Assembly: GCA_041657425.1 (NCBI GenBank)
Contig: JBBABY010000003.1
Coordinates: forward strand, 90,001-122,000
Reading direction: 5' to 3'
DNA from: an archaeon
GTDB lineage: Archaea; Iainarchaeota; Iainarchaeia; Iainarchaeales; CSSED10-239
Length of the DNA: 32,000 bases
Positions 1-8,008 of this stretch are shown in pieces. The notes beneath the pieces were generated by a model. The model worked only from the letters and a program-made list of their open reading frames with translations, did not search any database and had not been told where the DNA came from. A program made the translations under genes and the position numbers. The first letter of the stretch is position 1. The number at the start of each line of letters is the position of its first letter.

Positions 1-2956
1 CTTTCTCTCCTGATGGAAGCATAATATCTAAATCGTTTGCCGGTCTTCCCAGAGTTGGATACCCTATTTCTTTTCCAACCCCACGCTGAACCGATGAACC
101 GTATAACCGCGCTTTGTAGTCTTTCAAAGTGGCAACTATACTATTGGCAACTTTTCCAGAATTTGGAATATTATAAGTTTCCACAACATCACGGACGGCA
201 GGAGTAACTTCATGAAGTTGAAGTTTTGAACCACTGGTTGTCGCACGAATATCAAGCCCCAATTCTATTTTGGGCTTTTCGATGCCAGCAAGACTAGAAA
301 CCATATAGGTTTCAAGTGGGGTTTTTGGTGCAAATGTTGAAATCTTGCCGAATGTATCTGGCGCAAATCTAAATTCCTCTGATGACACTTTAGGAGAACC
401 TAAAAATAACCTCGTCCCTTCAGGAGATGTTTTCAATCCCCCAAATATTGTAGATACTCTTTCTATCTGACCAGAAGCACCAGATGTTTTCGATATCCCA
501 AGTGTGGTATATTTTGATACTGGAAGCACATCACCGGAAGATGGAACGATAGTAGCTCGTCCTATTGATACTTTATAGGGGAAAATTTCTGTGGGGGTTT
601 TTGCAAGAAGTCCTTCGCCTTTGTAATAACTTTCTGTCTGTATTGGGGTAATACCACCATATCCCAACCCAAACCCTCCTAACATTGTACTAGTTTTTGC
701 AATCTCCCCACCTCTTGCAAATGCGGTAGGTTGGTTGTAAATATTTAATGCGGATTCTCCCAATATAGCTGTACCAACACCCACTTTTGCAATATTTCCT
801 ATACCACTAATTAACGGAGCACTAGAATATTCACCCAGTTTTGCAATGGCAGGAATACCACTTTCCGCTGCTTTTGTTACACCCATTCTTAAAAGATTTT
901 CACCATATCCCAATGCGGCACCAGTAAGATATGATTCCGATGCTATTTTTGCAATGTCTAGCGGATGCTGTTGCAATTCTGAATATACCCCAAGTGATGT
1001 ATCAGAAATTTGACTTAAAACATCAGTCTTTTTCCCGATATCCATCTGTGTTTCTGATGATAAAGATGGAAGTAAATTTGATATGTTTTTTTGTACAGAT
1101 TCATAAACGCTAGGTTCAATTGTTGTTCTTTCAGATGATAATGTATAAGTTTGAGGTGTGGGTTTATAACCCGTTGGTGCTTGTGAAACATATGGAGATG
1201 GTAGATTAATGGCATAACTTTCTTTAGTTGTAGTTGAACCAAACCCTGCCGTTCCCTTCGGTGCAAGCCCCACTTCTGCAAGTAAATTTGTACCAATATT
1301 TGATAAGAAATTTATATCAGATGGTTCAGATTTTGTCGTAACACTTTCAAGTTTATACGAACCCGGAACGGCTGCTAATCCATTGCCTTGACTTATTATT
1401 GATGCACTACCCGGTACAACATACAACCCACCAAGCGTGCCCGGACCAGTTACGCCTTTTGGTGTAATCGTAGGAACCACAGAAGTAGAAATCTGCGTCG
1501 CGGGAGTCACAGTCTGTGCTATCGGAACCGCCGCCCCGGATGGTGAAATAACCACGGGGGTATATGCCGCGCCGCCTTCCTGTTTAAACCCACTAGGAGT
1601 AAGCGTACCCATCCCCAACTGCACCCCCGGCATTTCCGCAGCCATAGCACCAAATCCACCACCAACACGGGAAATATTAACACTGTGTAGACCACTAGTG
1701 GGGGTAACAGTCGGCGTTTCTACCATTCTTGCCGAACCCGGCACAACATATAACCCGCCAAGCATCGAAGTATCGGGTTTCGCAGAACTAACCTTTGCCG
1801 ATTCCGGAATATTAATCGCACCCGTTATCCCACTCGGCCCCATCGTCATTATTGCCGGTGATTCCGCAGATACTTTATACGGTGCGTTTGCAAGCGGCAT
1901 TTCGGATTTAGGTAAGTTTACTCCTTGCGGATTTACATAATTAGCAAGATTTAACGGATTTGCATATGTGCTTAATCTTGCTCCGGTGGATTCAACCGTC
2001 GCCCCTGTTAACGGAGTAACATTTCCGCCATAAACTTCTGCCCCCGCGCGGCTATATAATTCCGGGTGCGCGAGTAACTTCATTGCTTCAGGCACGTTTG
2101 CACTAGGAGCGAATGTTTTACCGGCGCTCTCTTGTGTATAAACCGCTGGTGTTTCAGGTTTGCCCACTGTAAACATACCAGATTGAAGCGCGCCAACACC
2201 CCCTCCCCCTATGAGTTTATAATAAGAACTTCCATAAGGTTTCTGGTAAAATGCCGCCTCACCGGTTGTTTGTTGTAATGCAATTTTTGCATTTTCCAAT
2301 TCTGTTGCTTTATAATTTCCCAACGGAACATATGCTGTTACCGTTTTAGATCCTTCGAACTGACTAGACGGTATGCTCATTGGCAAACCCTGCGCGGCTG
2401 CTACCTTATCCACGAGAGGCATGACAGAACCGAGATTAGAAGAACCCGGTGCCGGTGTAGAGACGGAACCAATATATCCTTCACTTCTGGCAACTTTTAG
2501 AAGGTTGGGGTCTACATATCCTCCTAAACGTTCCTGTTGTGCGGCGATTTGTGCGGCGGGGGATTGATAGGTTTGTGGTGCCGCTGGTGTTTGCACAGGA
2601 GCAGGTATATTGGTTTTTGTCACTTCACTACTACCCAAATACCCCTTCTGTGTTAATAGATCAACATCGGCGTTTGTCGCAGTCTTATTAACATATCTGC
2701 TTACAGCCGCTTGCTCGGCAGACCCATAAACCCCGGATTCTCTTAATATATTCAAATCGGAAACTGTTGGATTCCCGTATGCAAATGTTACAGCAGCCTG
2801 ACGCGCGGATGCGGCAAGCCCGCTATCAGGAGTGGGGGCACTTGTTGGTAGTTGACTCGCGCCCATTGGAGTTATTGCACCTGTTATCGCAGATCTATAT
2901 CCGGTTATTGCGCCGGACGCATCACGAACAGCAGTGCTTTCATATTCATTCACCAT
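1..2956 (-). CDS. Large hypothetical protein, first ~985 aa; the 3' end runs off the window start. Ala/Gly/Pro/Thr-rich with glycine-zipper-like hydrophobic stretches. The C-terminal part has a possible Pol-beta-type nucleotidyltransferase motif.
   Basis: Manual translation of the minus strand from ATG 2956-2954 (MVNEYESTAVRDASGAITGY...) stays open to position 1. It is missing from the ORF track only because it has no stop in the window. LGGLYVVPGSA occurs twice (plus coords ~1405-1436 and ~1733-1764). The last residues, ARLYGSSVQRGVGKEIGYPTLGRPANDLDIML, resemble the hG[GS]...DxD signature. Confidence 0.8.
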   Translation of the reverse strand, partial: MVNEYESTAVRDASGAITGYRSAITGAITPMGASQLPTSAPTPDSGLAASARQAAVTFAYGNPTVSDLNILRESGVYGSAEQAAVSRYVNKTATNADVDLLTQKGYLGSSEVTKTNIPAPVQTPAAPQTYQSPAAQIAAQQERLGGYVDPNLLKVARSEGYIGSVSTPAPGSSNLGSVMPLVDKVAAAQGLPMSIPSSQFEGSKTVTAYVPLGNYKATELENAKIALQQTTGEAAFYQKPYGSSYYKLIGGGGVGALQSGMFTVGKPETPAVYTQESAGKTFAPSANVPEAMKLLAHPELYSRAGAEVYGGNVTPLTGATVESTGARLSTYANPLNLANYVNPQGVNLPKSEMPLANAPYKVSAESPAIMTMGPSGITGAINIPESAKVSSAKPDTSMLGGLYVVPGSARMVETPTVTPTSGLHSVNISRVGGGFGAMAAEMPGVQLGMGTLTPSGFKQEGGAAYTPVVISPSGAAVPIAQTVTPATQISTSVVPTITPKGVTGPGTLGGLYVVPGSASIISQGNGLAAVPGSYKLESVTTKSEPSDINFLSNIGTNLLAEVGLAPKGTAGFGSTTTKESYAINLPSPYVSQAPTGYKPTPQTYTLSSERTTIEPSVYESVQKNISNLLPSLSSETQMDIGKKTDVLSQISDTSLGVYSELQQHPLDIAKIASESYLTGAALGYGENLLRMGVTKAAESGIPAIAKLGEYSSAPLISGIGNIAKVGVGTAILGESALNIYNQPTAFARGGEIAKTSTMLGGFGLGYGGITPIQTESYYKGEGLLAKTPTEIFPYKVSIGRATIVPSSGDVLPVSKYTTLGISKTSGASGQIERVSTIFGGLKTSPEGTRLFLGSPKVSSEEFRFAPDTFGKISTFAPKTPLETYMVSSLAGIEKPKIELGLDIRATTSGSKLQLHEVTPAVRDVVETYNIPNSGKVANSIVATLKDYKARLYGSSVQRGVGKEIGYPTLGRPANDLDIMLPSGEK

Positions 2957-3029
2957 GTCATTTCACCAGAAATTATAAATATAGTAGGTGTTCTGTGTAA
3001 TAAATGTTTCGGTTTAAAGAGAAAAAAAT

Positions 3030-4292
3030 TTATAGGAAAGGTTGGACTAGAACAGCCGCCGGTGATTGCATGTTGCCACTAGTTGCTGTCACGCTGTAAT
3101 AGTGGGAGGAGTCCAATGGACATGGAATACCAGTACAGCACCCAGTGCTCGGATCAGATATAGCCGATAAACTGTAAAATCCAGTTGAAGCATATGTAAA
3201 TACACCACTGGTATGGCAATTGGTTATTGTATCAATCCCACTTACAGTTGCCGATACTGGATTCCCATACAAACTTTCACGAGTGATGCCAACGATAGTG
3301 TTAGAAACATATGATGATAATGGAATTAGAGGAACGGTCAGAACAACGGGGGTGCTTGACAACGGGGTAAACGTATTGTAGTCGGGCGCATAATTTGGAT
3401 ATGTGGTAATAACAGTTATTGGAACCCCATATATTAATCCGGTTGTATCAGGGAAGGAAAATGCCCCGTTTGTGGTAGATGTAACATTCCATACATAACT
3501 AAGTTGAGAAATACCAATCGACGCGCCAGATATTCCGTTTCCGGTTGTTGCATCGATTATTTTGCCGTAAAATGCAAGTTGTGTGTTTGATGCATCATAA
3601 GTTATTTCGACGTAACCATAGGCTCCGTTACTACCTGCGCCGGGATATACATCTGGGGTAAATGATATACCTCCTCCAACGTAATTTCCTCCACCGCCAC
3701 CACCGCCTCCTGCTCCATATCCTATACCTCCATTTGTTCCGGGATAATAACCCGTTGAACCTTGTGTTGTTACTTGATAATTACCATACCCTGTATCTCC
3801 ACCACTTGAATTACCCAAAACATAATCGACGGTATATCCGGCTCCATTAAATGGGAACCACATCCTAGGCGCGAATCCACCTTCTACTGTATATCCAAAT
3901 GCGGAAGAAGCAGAACCATTATTACCACCCCAAATATTAATTTCACTTGTAATAACATTTCCAGCACCGCCCTGCCCTTGTCCTCCCGGGCCAACTACAA
4001 TGTTATATGATTGTCTGGGTGTAACAGGAATATTGGAAACAGAAATATATTCACCTGCAAGTCCACCAGCACCGGGGCCGTAACCGGTACGATAAGACCC
4101 TGTATAGTTTGCCCACCAATACCCTCCAAGCCCCCCAGACCCACCGCCAATCATTTTTAAATTAATACTCGTTACACCATCCGGACATGCCCACGTGCCG
4201 GATTGTGTGTATGAAACCGTTTGCGATGCCGCAAGAACTGGTGAAATAATGATCGCTAATATTAGTATTAACAAAATACTTTTTAACTTCAT
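3030..4292 (-). CDS. Secreted glycine-rich-module protein with a C-terminal carboxypeptidase-regulatory-like beta-sandwich
   Basis: The ORF track gives 3030..4304 with a GTG start. I prefer ATG at 4292-4290, which overlaps the upstream stop as ATGA. Signal peptide MKLKSILLILILAIIISPVLAASQ. GTWACPDGVTSINLKMIGGGSGGLGG plus poly-Gly runs are paralogous to aa ~235-492 of the 1900-aa protein. YGKIIDATTGNGISGASI...NGAFSF fits the CarboxypepD_reg pattern. Confidence 0.8.
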   Translation of the reverse strand: MKLKSILLILILAIIISPVLAASQTVSYTQSGTWACPDGVTSINLKMIGGGSGGLGGYWWANYTGSYRTGYGPGAGGLAGEYISVSNIPVTPRQSYNIVVGPGGQGQGGAGNVITSEINIWGGNNGSASSAFGYTVEGGFAPRMWFPFNGAGYTVDYVLGNSSGGDTGYGNYQVTTQGSTGYYPGTNGGIGYGAGGGGGGGGNYVGGGISFTPDVYPGAGSNGAYGYVEITYDASNTQLAFYGKIIDATTGNGISGASIGISQLSYVWNVTSTTNGAFSFPDTTGLIYGVPITVITTYPNYAPDYNTFTPLSSTPVVLTVPLIPLSSYVSNTIVGITRESLYGNPVSATVSGIDTITNCHTSGVFTYASTGFYSLSAISDPSTGCCTGIPCPLDSSHYYSVTATSGNMQSPAAVLVQPFL

Positions 4293-4591
4293 AAGTTTAA
4301 CCACCCTAAAATTTGATCTACAATACTAACGGGTTTTAATTTAGATACAGTAACAAATTCCGTAGAAGTTTCTGTTTGTATCATATAAGTATCGTTATAA
4401 AAATCGGAGAGAACCAACGCGCCGTTACTTGGAATTTGTGTTGATTGTGTGTATGAAACAATAGAATCTGTTGGTATCGAAATAAAACAATTTCCATCTA
4501 TAGATACAGAGGTTGTGTTATCAACCGCGCATACCGGAATAATAAACACCCATAAACATATAGTAAGTATTATAATCCATTTTGGTGACAT
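4289..4591 (-). CDS. Small secreted or membrane-anchored hypothetical protein
   Basis: 100-aa ORF with an N-terminal hydrophobic signal (WIIILTICLWVFIIPVCA). Its stop overlaps the next start (ATGA). A TATA-like tatatata lies just upstream on the minus strand (~4601-4612). Confidence 0.6.
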   Translation of the reverse strand: MSPKWIIILTICLWVFIIPVCAVDNTTSVSIDGNCFISIPTDSIVSYTQSTQIPSNGALVLSDFYNDTYMIQTETSTEFVTVSKLKPVSIVDQILGWLNL

Positions 4592-4645
4592 TATATATAA
4601 GATAAGAGTTTCTAGTATTAAAACTTTTGGATTGGGGTGGAAGGA

Positions 4646-5128
4646 TCACCCTACATTCTTAAACATGGACATTGTGATTCCGGTGACGGAAGCCACCAAT
4701 GCACCAAATGCTAGAGGTTGTATTACTACGGGTAATGATACACCGATACCACCGGCAAAGAGGAATGCGCCGGAGAATAAAAGACCTGTTATTGAAGCAA
4801 GGCGTAAATTAGAGTGACTTAGAAACATACCCAAGTATATAAAGAGGAAAATTAGGAATGAGGGGATGGATAAGTTACCCATTGTCGTATACGCGTATGG
4901 GGCCAAAACATTTTGGGGAAAGAAAACGAGATTGAAGTGTGATAATGATAAATTGGAGAAACTTACACCAAATGTAGTTGTTGGCAATGGCGTTATTACC
5001 GGAGTGGGTGTGATTGTTATATATGGTGGAGATTGCGCTTTGACTACACCAACAATGTCAAGCGCGCATATTATTGAAATAATTTTCGAGAGTTGGTTTT
5101 TAAAATTAAGCATAAAGTTATATAACAT
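4646..5128 (-). CDS. Membrane protein with signal peptide, Thr/Pro linker and C-terminal TM segments
   Basis: 160-aa ORF. Signal ends ...GVVKAQS, followed by a TPTPVITPLPTTT linker and 3-4 hydrophobic helices. Confidence 0.65.
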   Translation of the reverse strand: MLYNFMLNFKNQLSKIISIICALDIVGVVKAQSPPYITITPTPVITPLPTTTFGVSFSNLSLSHFNLVFFPQNVLAPYAYTTMGNLSIPSFLIFLFIYLGMFLSHSNLRLASITGLLFSGAFLFAGGIGVSLPVVIQPLAFGALVASVTGITMSMFKNVG

Positions 5129-5157
5129 TGGAATGTCATAGGATAAATAGTTTTCTA

Positions 5158-6204
5158 TTACTTTTTATATTTTTCAATAATGCCAGCATGTTCAATTTTA
5201 TAAACTTCATATTCTTCCGGTGACAAATAACATTTCTTTCCTTCTTTTTCTCTTTGTTCAATTAAATCTTCGAGATATTTTATCCAGTATATTTTGTCAG
5301 TTCCAAATTTTTTATTACCTTTTATTATTCCATGTTCACTTCTAGTTAATAAAACAAACTTATTTGGATCGCCTTTAATATAATATTTAATCCACTCTGG
5401 ATTTCTTTTAGAACCATTATTAATCCAAGCATAATATCCTTGAGCATCTTCATCCCACTCGCAACATGCTTTTTCTTGCCAATAAAGATGATGTCTTGAA
5501 AGATGTTCTTGTTTGTAATTATTGAATCTTGTCTTTCCAGAAATAATACTTTTATAATCATATGCTGCATCTATACGATTCCATAAATTAGGATTCCACA
5601 ACGCACAATAATATTTTCTATAACCACCATTGTTTACTTTGATTAAATGTTTGTTACCATACCACATTCCCTCTCCTGTTGTTCCAATTAAATGATTTTC
5701 CACCCATATTGGATCATCATACATTTCAGACATTGCATCCAATCGTTTTTTAGAAATAACCGGATCTTTTGATATTCGTTTTAATGTGTTTCTACACTTT
5801 TCAACCCAAATTGGGTTTTCAGAACGATGGGAAATCATAATTTTATTATGTTCTTTCCATTCTGTTTTTAGCACTCTTTTTTGAGCTGCATCAGTAACAT
5901 TTCTTAACCATTTTGGGTCTTTACTCAAAAATACAAGGGCGCATTTTTTACATCTATAGTTTTCCCTAGTTATCCCCTTCCCAAAGGAAGATGGATATCT
6001 TAATGAACTTTCTTTTTCACAATCTATGCATTTATATGACACTTTACTATTCTTTCCAACATTGGGATTTGGATTTGGTAAAAGTTTTAAAGCACATTCT
6101 AGACATCTATATACTCCCCCCTCTCTCACATTCTTACTAAAATTTGATGGAAATGTAGTTCTTTCTTTCCCACAATCCACACATTTATAAGTAACTTTCG
6201 GCAT
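5158..6204 (-). CDS. Double Zn-ribbon protein with a C-terminal HNH (His-Me finger) endonuclease-like domain
   Basis: Two N-terminal repeats: YKC(V/I)DC..E...YRC.(E/K)CAL. C-terminal LSRHHLYW ... NKFVLLTRSEHGI resembles the HNH_3 pattern (HH ... N ... LLTxxEH). It starts 2 nt after the stop of the upstream small Zn-ribbon gene. Confidence 0.7.
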   Translation of the reverse strand: MPKVTYKCVDCGKERTTFPSNFSKNVREGGVYRCLECALKLLPNPNPNVGKNSKVSYKCIDCEKESSLRYPSSFGKGITRENYRCKKCALVFLSKDPKWLRNVTDAAQKRVLKTEWKEHNKIMISHRSENPIWVEKCRNTLKRISKDPVISKKRLDAMSEMYDDPIWVENHLIGTTGEGMWYGNKHLIKVNNGGYRKYYCALWNPNLWNRIDAAYDYKSIISGKTRFNNYKQEHLSRHHLYWQEKACCEWDEDAQGYYAWINNGSKRNPEWIKYYIKGDPNKFVLLTRSEHGIIKGNKKFGTDKIYWIKYLEDLIEQREKEGKKCYLSPEEYEVYKIEHAGIIEKYKK

Positions 6205-6206
6205 CT

Positions 6207-6359
6207 TTACTTCAATCCACTTGATTTGCTTTTCCTACCGCGCGTTTCTTTCCTTTCAGAATTATAATATTTTGTCAAACATTTCGGGCATATTTTAGGA
6301 GTAGTATCTACTTTTCGAGAATTCCATCTATGCCCACATTCCTTGCATTGAAAAGTCAT
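6207..6359 (-). CDS. Small Zn-ribbon protein (50 aa), below the ORF-track size cut-off
   Basis: Manual translation: MTFQCKECGHRWNSRKVDTTPKICPKCLTKYYNSERKETRGRKSKSSGLK. CxxC...CxxC motif. A TATA-like tataaata lies ~25 nt upstream on the minus strand. Paralogous to 14046..14198. Confidence 0.6.
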   Translation of the reverse strand: MTFQCKECGHRWNSRKVDTTPKICPKCLTKYYNSERKETRGRKSKSSGLK

Positions 6360-6418
6360 ATATAAGAATAGAACTTAATAGTATTTATACTTTGTTATTA
6401 ATAAAAAATGTTTAAATA

Positions 6419-6700
6419 TTACCACGCATCAGTATTGTATGAAATTTCTCGGCTGGCTTCAGACCACAAGCGGACTATGATAAATATCTCACACAAAATA
6501 ATTAAAACCCACACAAAGGCGGAAATCCATTCTATCGAGTCACCTCCTAACATAGCCCAATAAACTGGTGGTGTCATACTTTTAAATAGCGGGATCACTT
6601 TCGAAAACAGTGTCCCAAATATAATCGTATAAATCCCCAATGCTAACGTAATCGCCAGCATCGATATACCTGCAATTAGCATCCTACCTGCCGAAGTCAT
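6419..6700 (-). CDS. Small integral membrane protein (about 3 TM)
   Basis: 93-aa hydrophobic ORF. Its ATG overlaps the stop of the upstream small ORF (ATGA at 6697-6700). Last gene of the giant-protein operon. Confidence 0.65.
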   Translation of the reverse strand: MTSAGRMLIAGISMLAITLALGIYTIIFGTLFSKVIPLFKSMTPPVYWAMLGGDSIEWISAFVWVLIILCEIFIIVRLWSEASREISYNTDAW

Positions 6701-6867
6701 TCAACACTCACCTCCTTCTTTTGCGGAAACATTATTGCGACCGAAACAAGTATCACGATAAATCCTCCTATCCACATTCCAACCAATGCCCAATCCGTAG
6801 CATATAACGTCCCAATAATGCATAACGATATTCCTACTATTAAAAATATTAAACCTTCTACCTTCAT
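6697..6867 (-). CDS. Small 2-TM membrane protein (56 aa), not in the ORF track
   Basis: Manual translation: MKVEGLIFLIVGISLCIIGTLYATDWALVGMWIGGFIVILVSVAIMFPQKKEVSVE. It fits the chain of overlapping genes better than the listed 65-aa ORF 6701..6898 in another frame. Confidence 0.5.
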   Translation of the reverse strand: MKVEGLIFLIVGISLCIIGTLYATDWALVGMWIGGFIVILVSVAIMFPQKKEVSVE

Positions 6868-7121
6868 ACGTTGCGACCTCTATCCCTTTTGCTTTCAACT
6901 ATCAGATTATATCCTGATGCTATCAGGAACAATATTCCCATTGCATAGAAACATATTGTCAATAGATGAAATGTATTCATAGAATCCTGTGTAGTCAGGC
7001 CCAATGAATTTAAATTGTTCATTGTATTCCCTAACAAATCCCACGCTTTTCCTATCGCTATACATATTGTTCCCCATGCAAAAAGATTTATAATAAATCC
7101 CTGCGTCGCTCCAGATGACAT
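6864..7121 (-). CDS. Small membrane protein
   Basis: The ORF track gives 6864..7157. ATG at 7121 (MSSGATQGFIINLFAWG...) lies 2 nt after the upstream stop (7124-7126). Two hydrophobic helices. Confidence 0.55.
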   Translation of the reverse strand: MSSGATQGFIINLFAWGTICIAIGKAWDLLGNTMNNLNSLGLTTQDSMNTFHLLTICFYAMGILFLIASGYNLIVESKRDRGRNV

Positions 7122-7123
7122 GA

Positions 7124-8008
7124 TTACATTCTCCCATCTTGCGGCATCGGTTTCCAAACGTATCTAAACAACACCAACATATAAATCAACCATATACCCA
7201 GTTGCAACAATCCAACCAAAGTCATTGCCAACGGAGAATCTTTAATCCACGGGTAAGTGTTATAAATTACCACGCCGAATACGGAAACGGATACCAATAG
7301 TTGGATAATTAATACTAATAAGTTCCACCCCATAGACGCAACCGTAAGGACGGCACTAAATGTTTGCCCAAGAACATTATTTGTTCCGCTGGAAGTTTGT
7401 ATATTGGTTAACATCAGATTTCCATTAATGGCGCAGTTAGTAAATGTAACAGACCCGTTTGCACAATCAGCAGGAGAAGCAACCGTCGCCCCGGGTTCTG
7501 TAAATATACCAGTGCCATTAATCAACCCTATTGTCGATTGCATAAGTAGCACAAACACCAAAATATTAATTAATGGATCTCCCGCGCCGTTAATACCATA
7601 TAGGAATCTTTTCTTTTCCGTCATATAAAGTATAACAGCAAGCACGGCGCACATTATGATTAATCCCCATTGACCCACTGGGTTGGGAGTTGTGAACCAA
7701 CCTACATACGCACAAAACGCGGATATACCTACACCAATTACACAAAACTGTGCTGACGACGGTTCATCCGCTACCCACGCGAGCCACATGACAAGCGCAA
7801 TGGAAATAATATTATAATAAAATTTGGCCTGTGCTGTAGTTACACCCGGGACATTTTCAATACCGAGATCAATTAAATATCCTCCTGATCCGAGCATTGT
7901 AGCAGCGGTTCCAGCCGCTATTTGTGTAATGCTGGTAGCTGAAACAGACGCCACAAATAGCGAAATGGTTGACAATAATAATGTCAACCTTCTTCGTATA
8001 GAAATCAT
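7124..8008 (-). CDS. Polytopic membrane protein (about 7-8 TM) with signal-like N-terminus
   Basis: The ORF track gives 7124..8038. ATG at 8008-8006 (MISIRRRLTLLLSTISLFVASVSA...) shares one base with the TAA stop of the 1900-aa gene (TAATG). Strongly hydrophobic throughout. Confidence 0.75.
   Translation of the reverse strand: MISIRRRLTLLLSTISLFVASVSATSITQIAAGTAATMLGSGGYLIDLGIENVPGVTTAQAKFYYNIISIALVMWLAWVADEPSSAQFCVIGVGISAFCAYVGWFTTPNPVGQWGLIIMCAVLAVILYMTEKKRFLYGINGAGDPLINILVFVLLMQSTIGLINGTGIFTEPGATVASPADCANGSVTFTNCAINGNLMLTNIQTSSGTNNVLGQTFSAVLTVASMGWNLLVLIIQLLVSVSVFGVVIYNTYPWIKDSPLAMTLVGLLQLGIWLIYMLVLFRYVWKPMPQDGRM

Noticed and set aside
931-3082. Apparent 3-kb gap without long ORFs, suggesting non-coding DNA or stop-codon reassignment. 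Six short plus-strand ORFs are listed (e.g. 1437..1940).
   Set aside because: The minus strand is one continuous standard-code ORF from 2956 to the window edge. The listed ORFs are antisense or frame shadows of it. The odd Gly/Pro/Thr-rich translations come from the complementary Ala/Gly codons.
6701-6898. Listed 65-aa ORF (MKAKGIEVATYEGRRF...)
   Set aside because: An alternative frame gives a clean 56-aa 2-TM protein (6697..6867). Its start and stop interlock with the neighbouring genes, so the listed ORF is probably a shadow.
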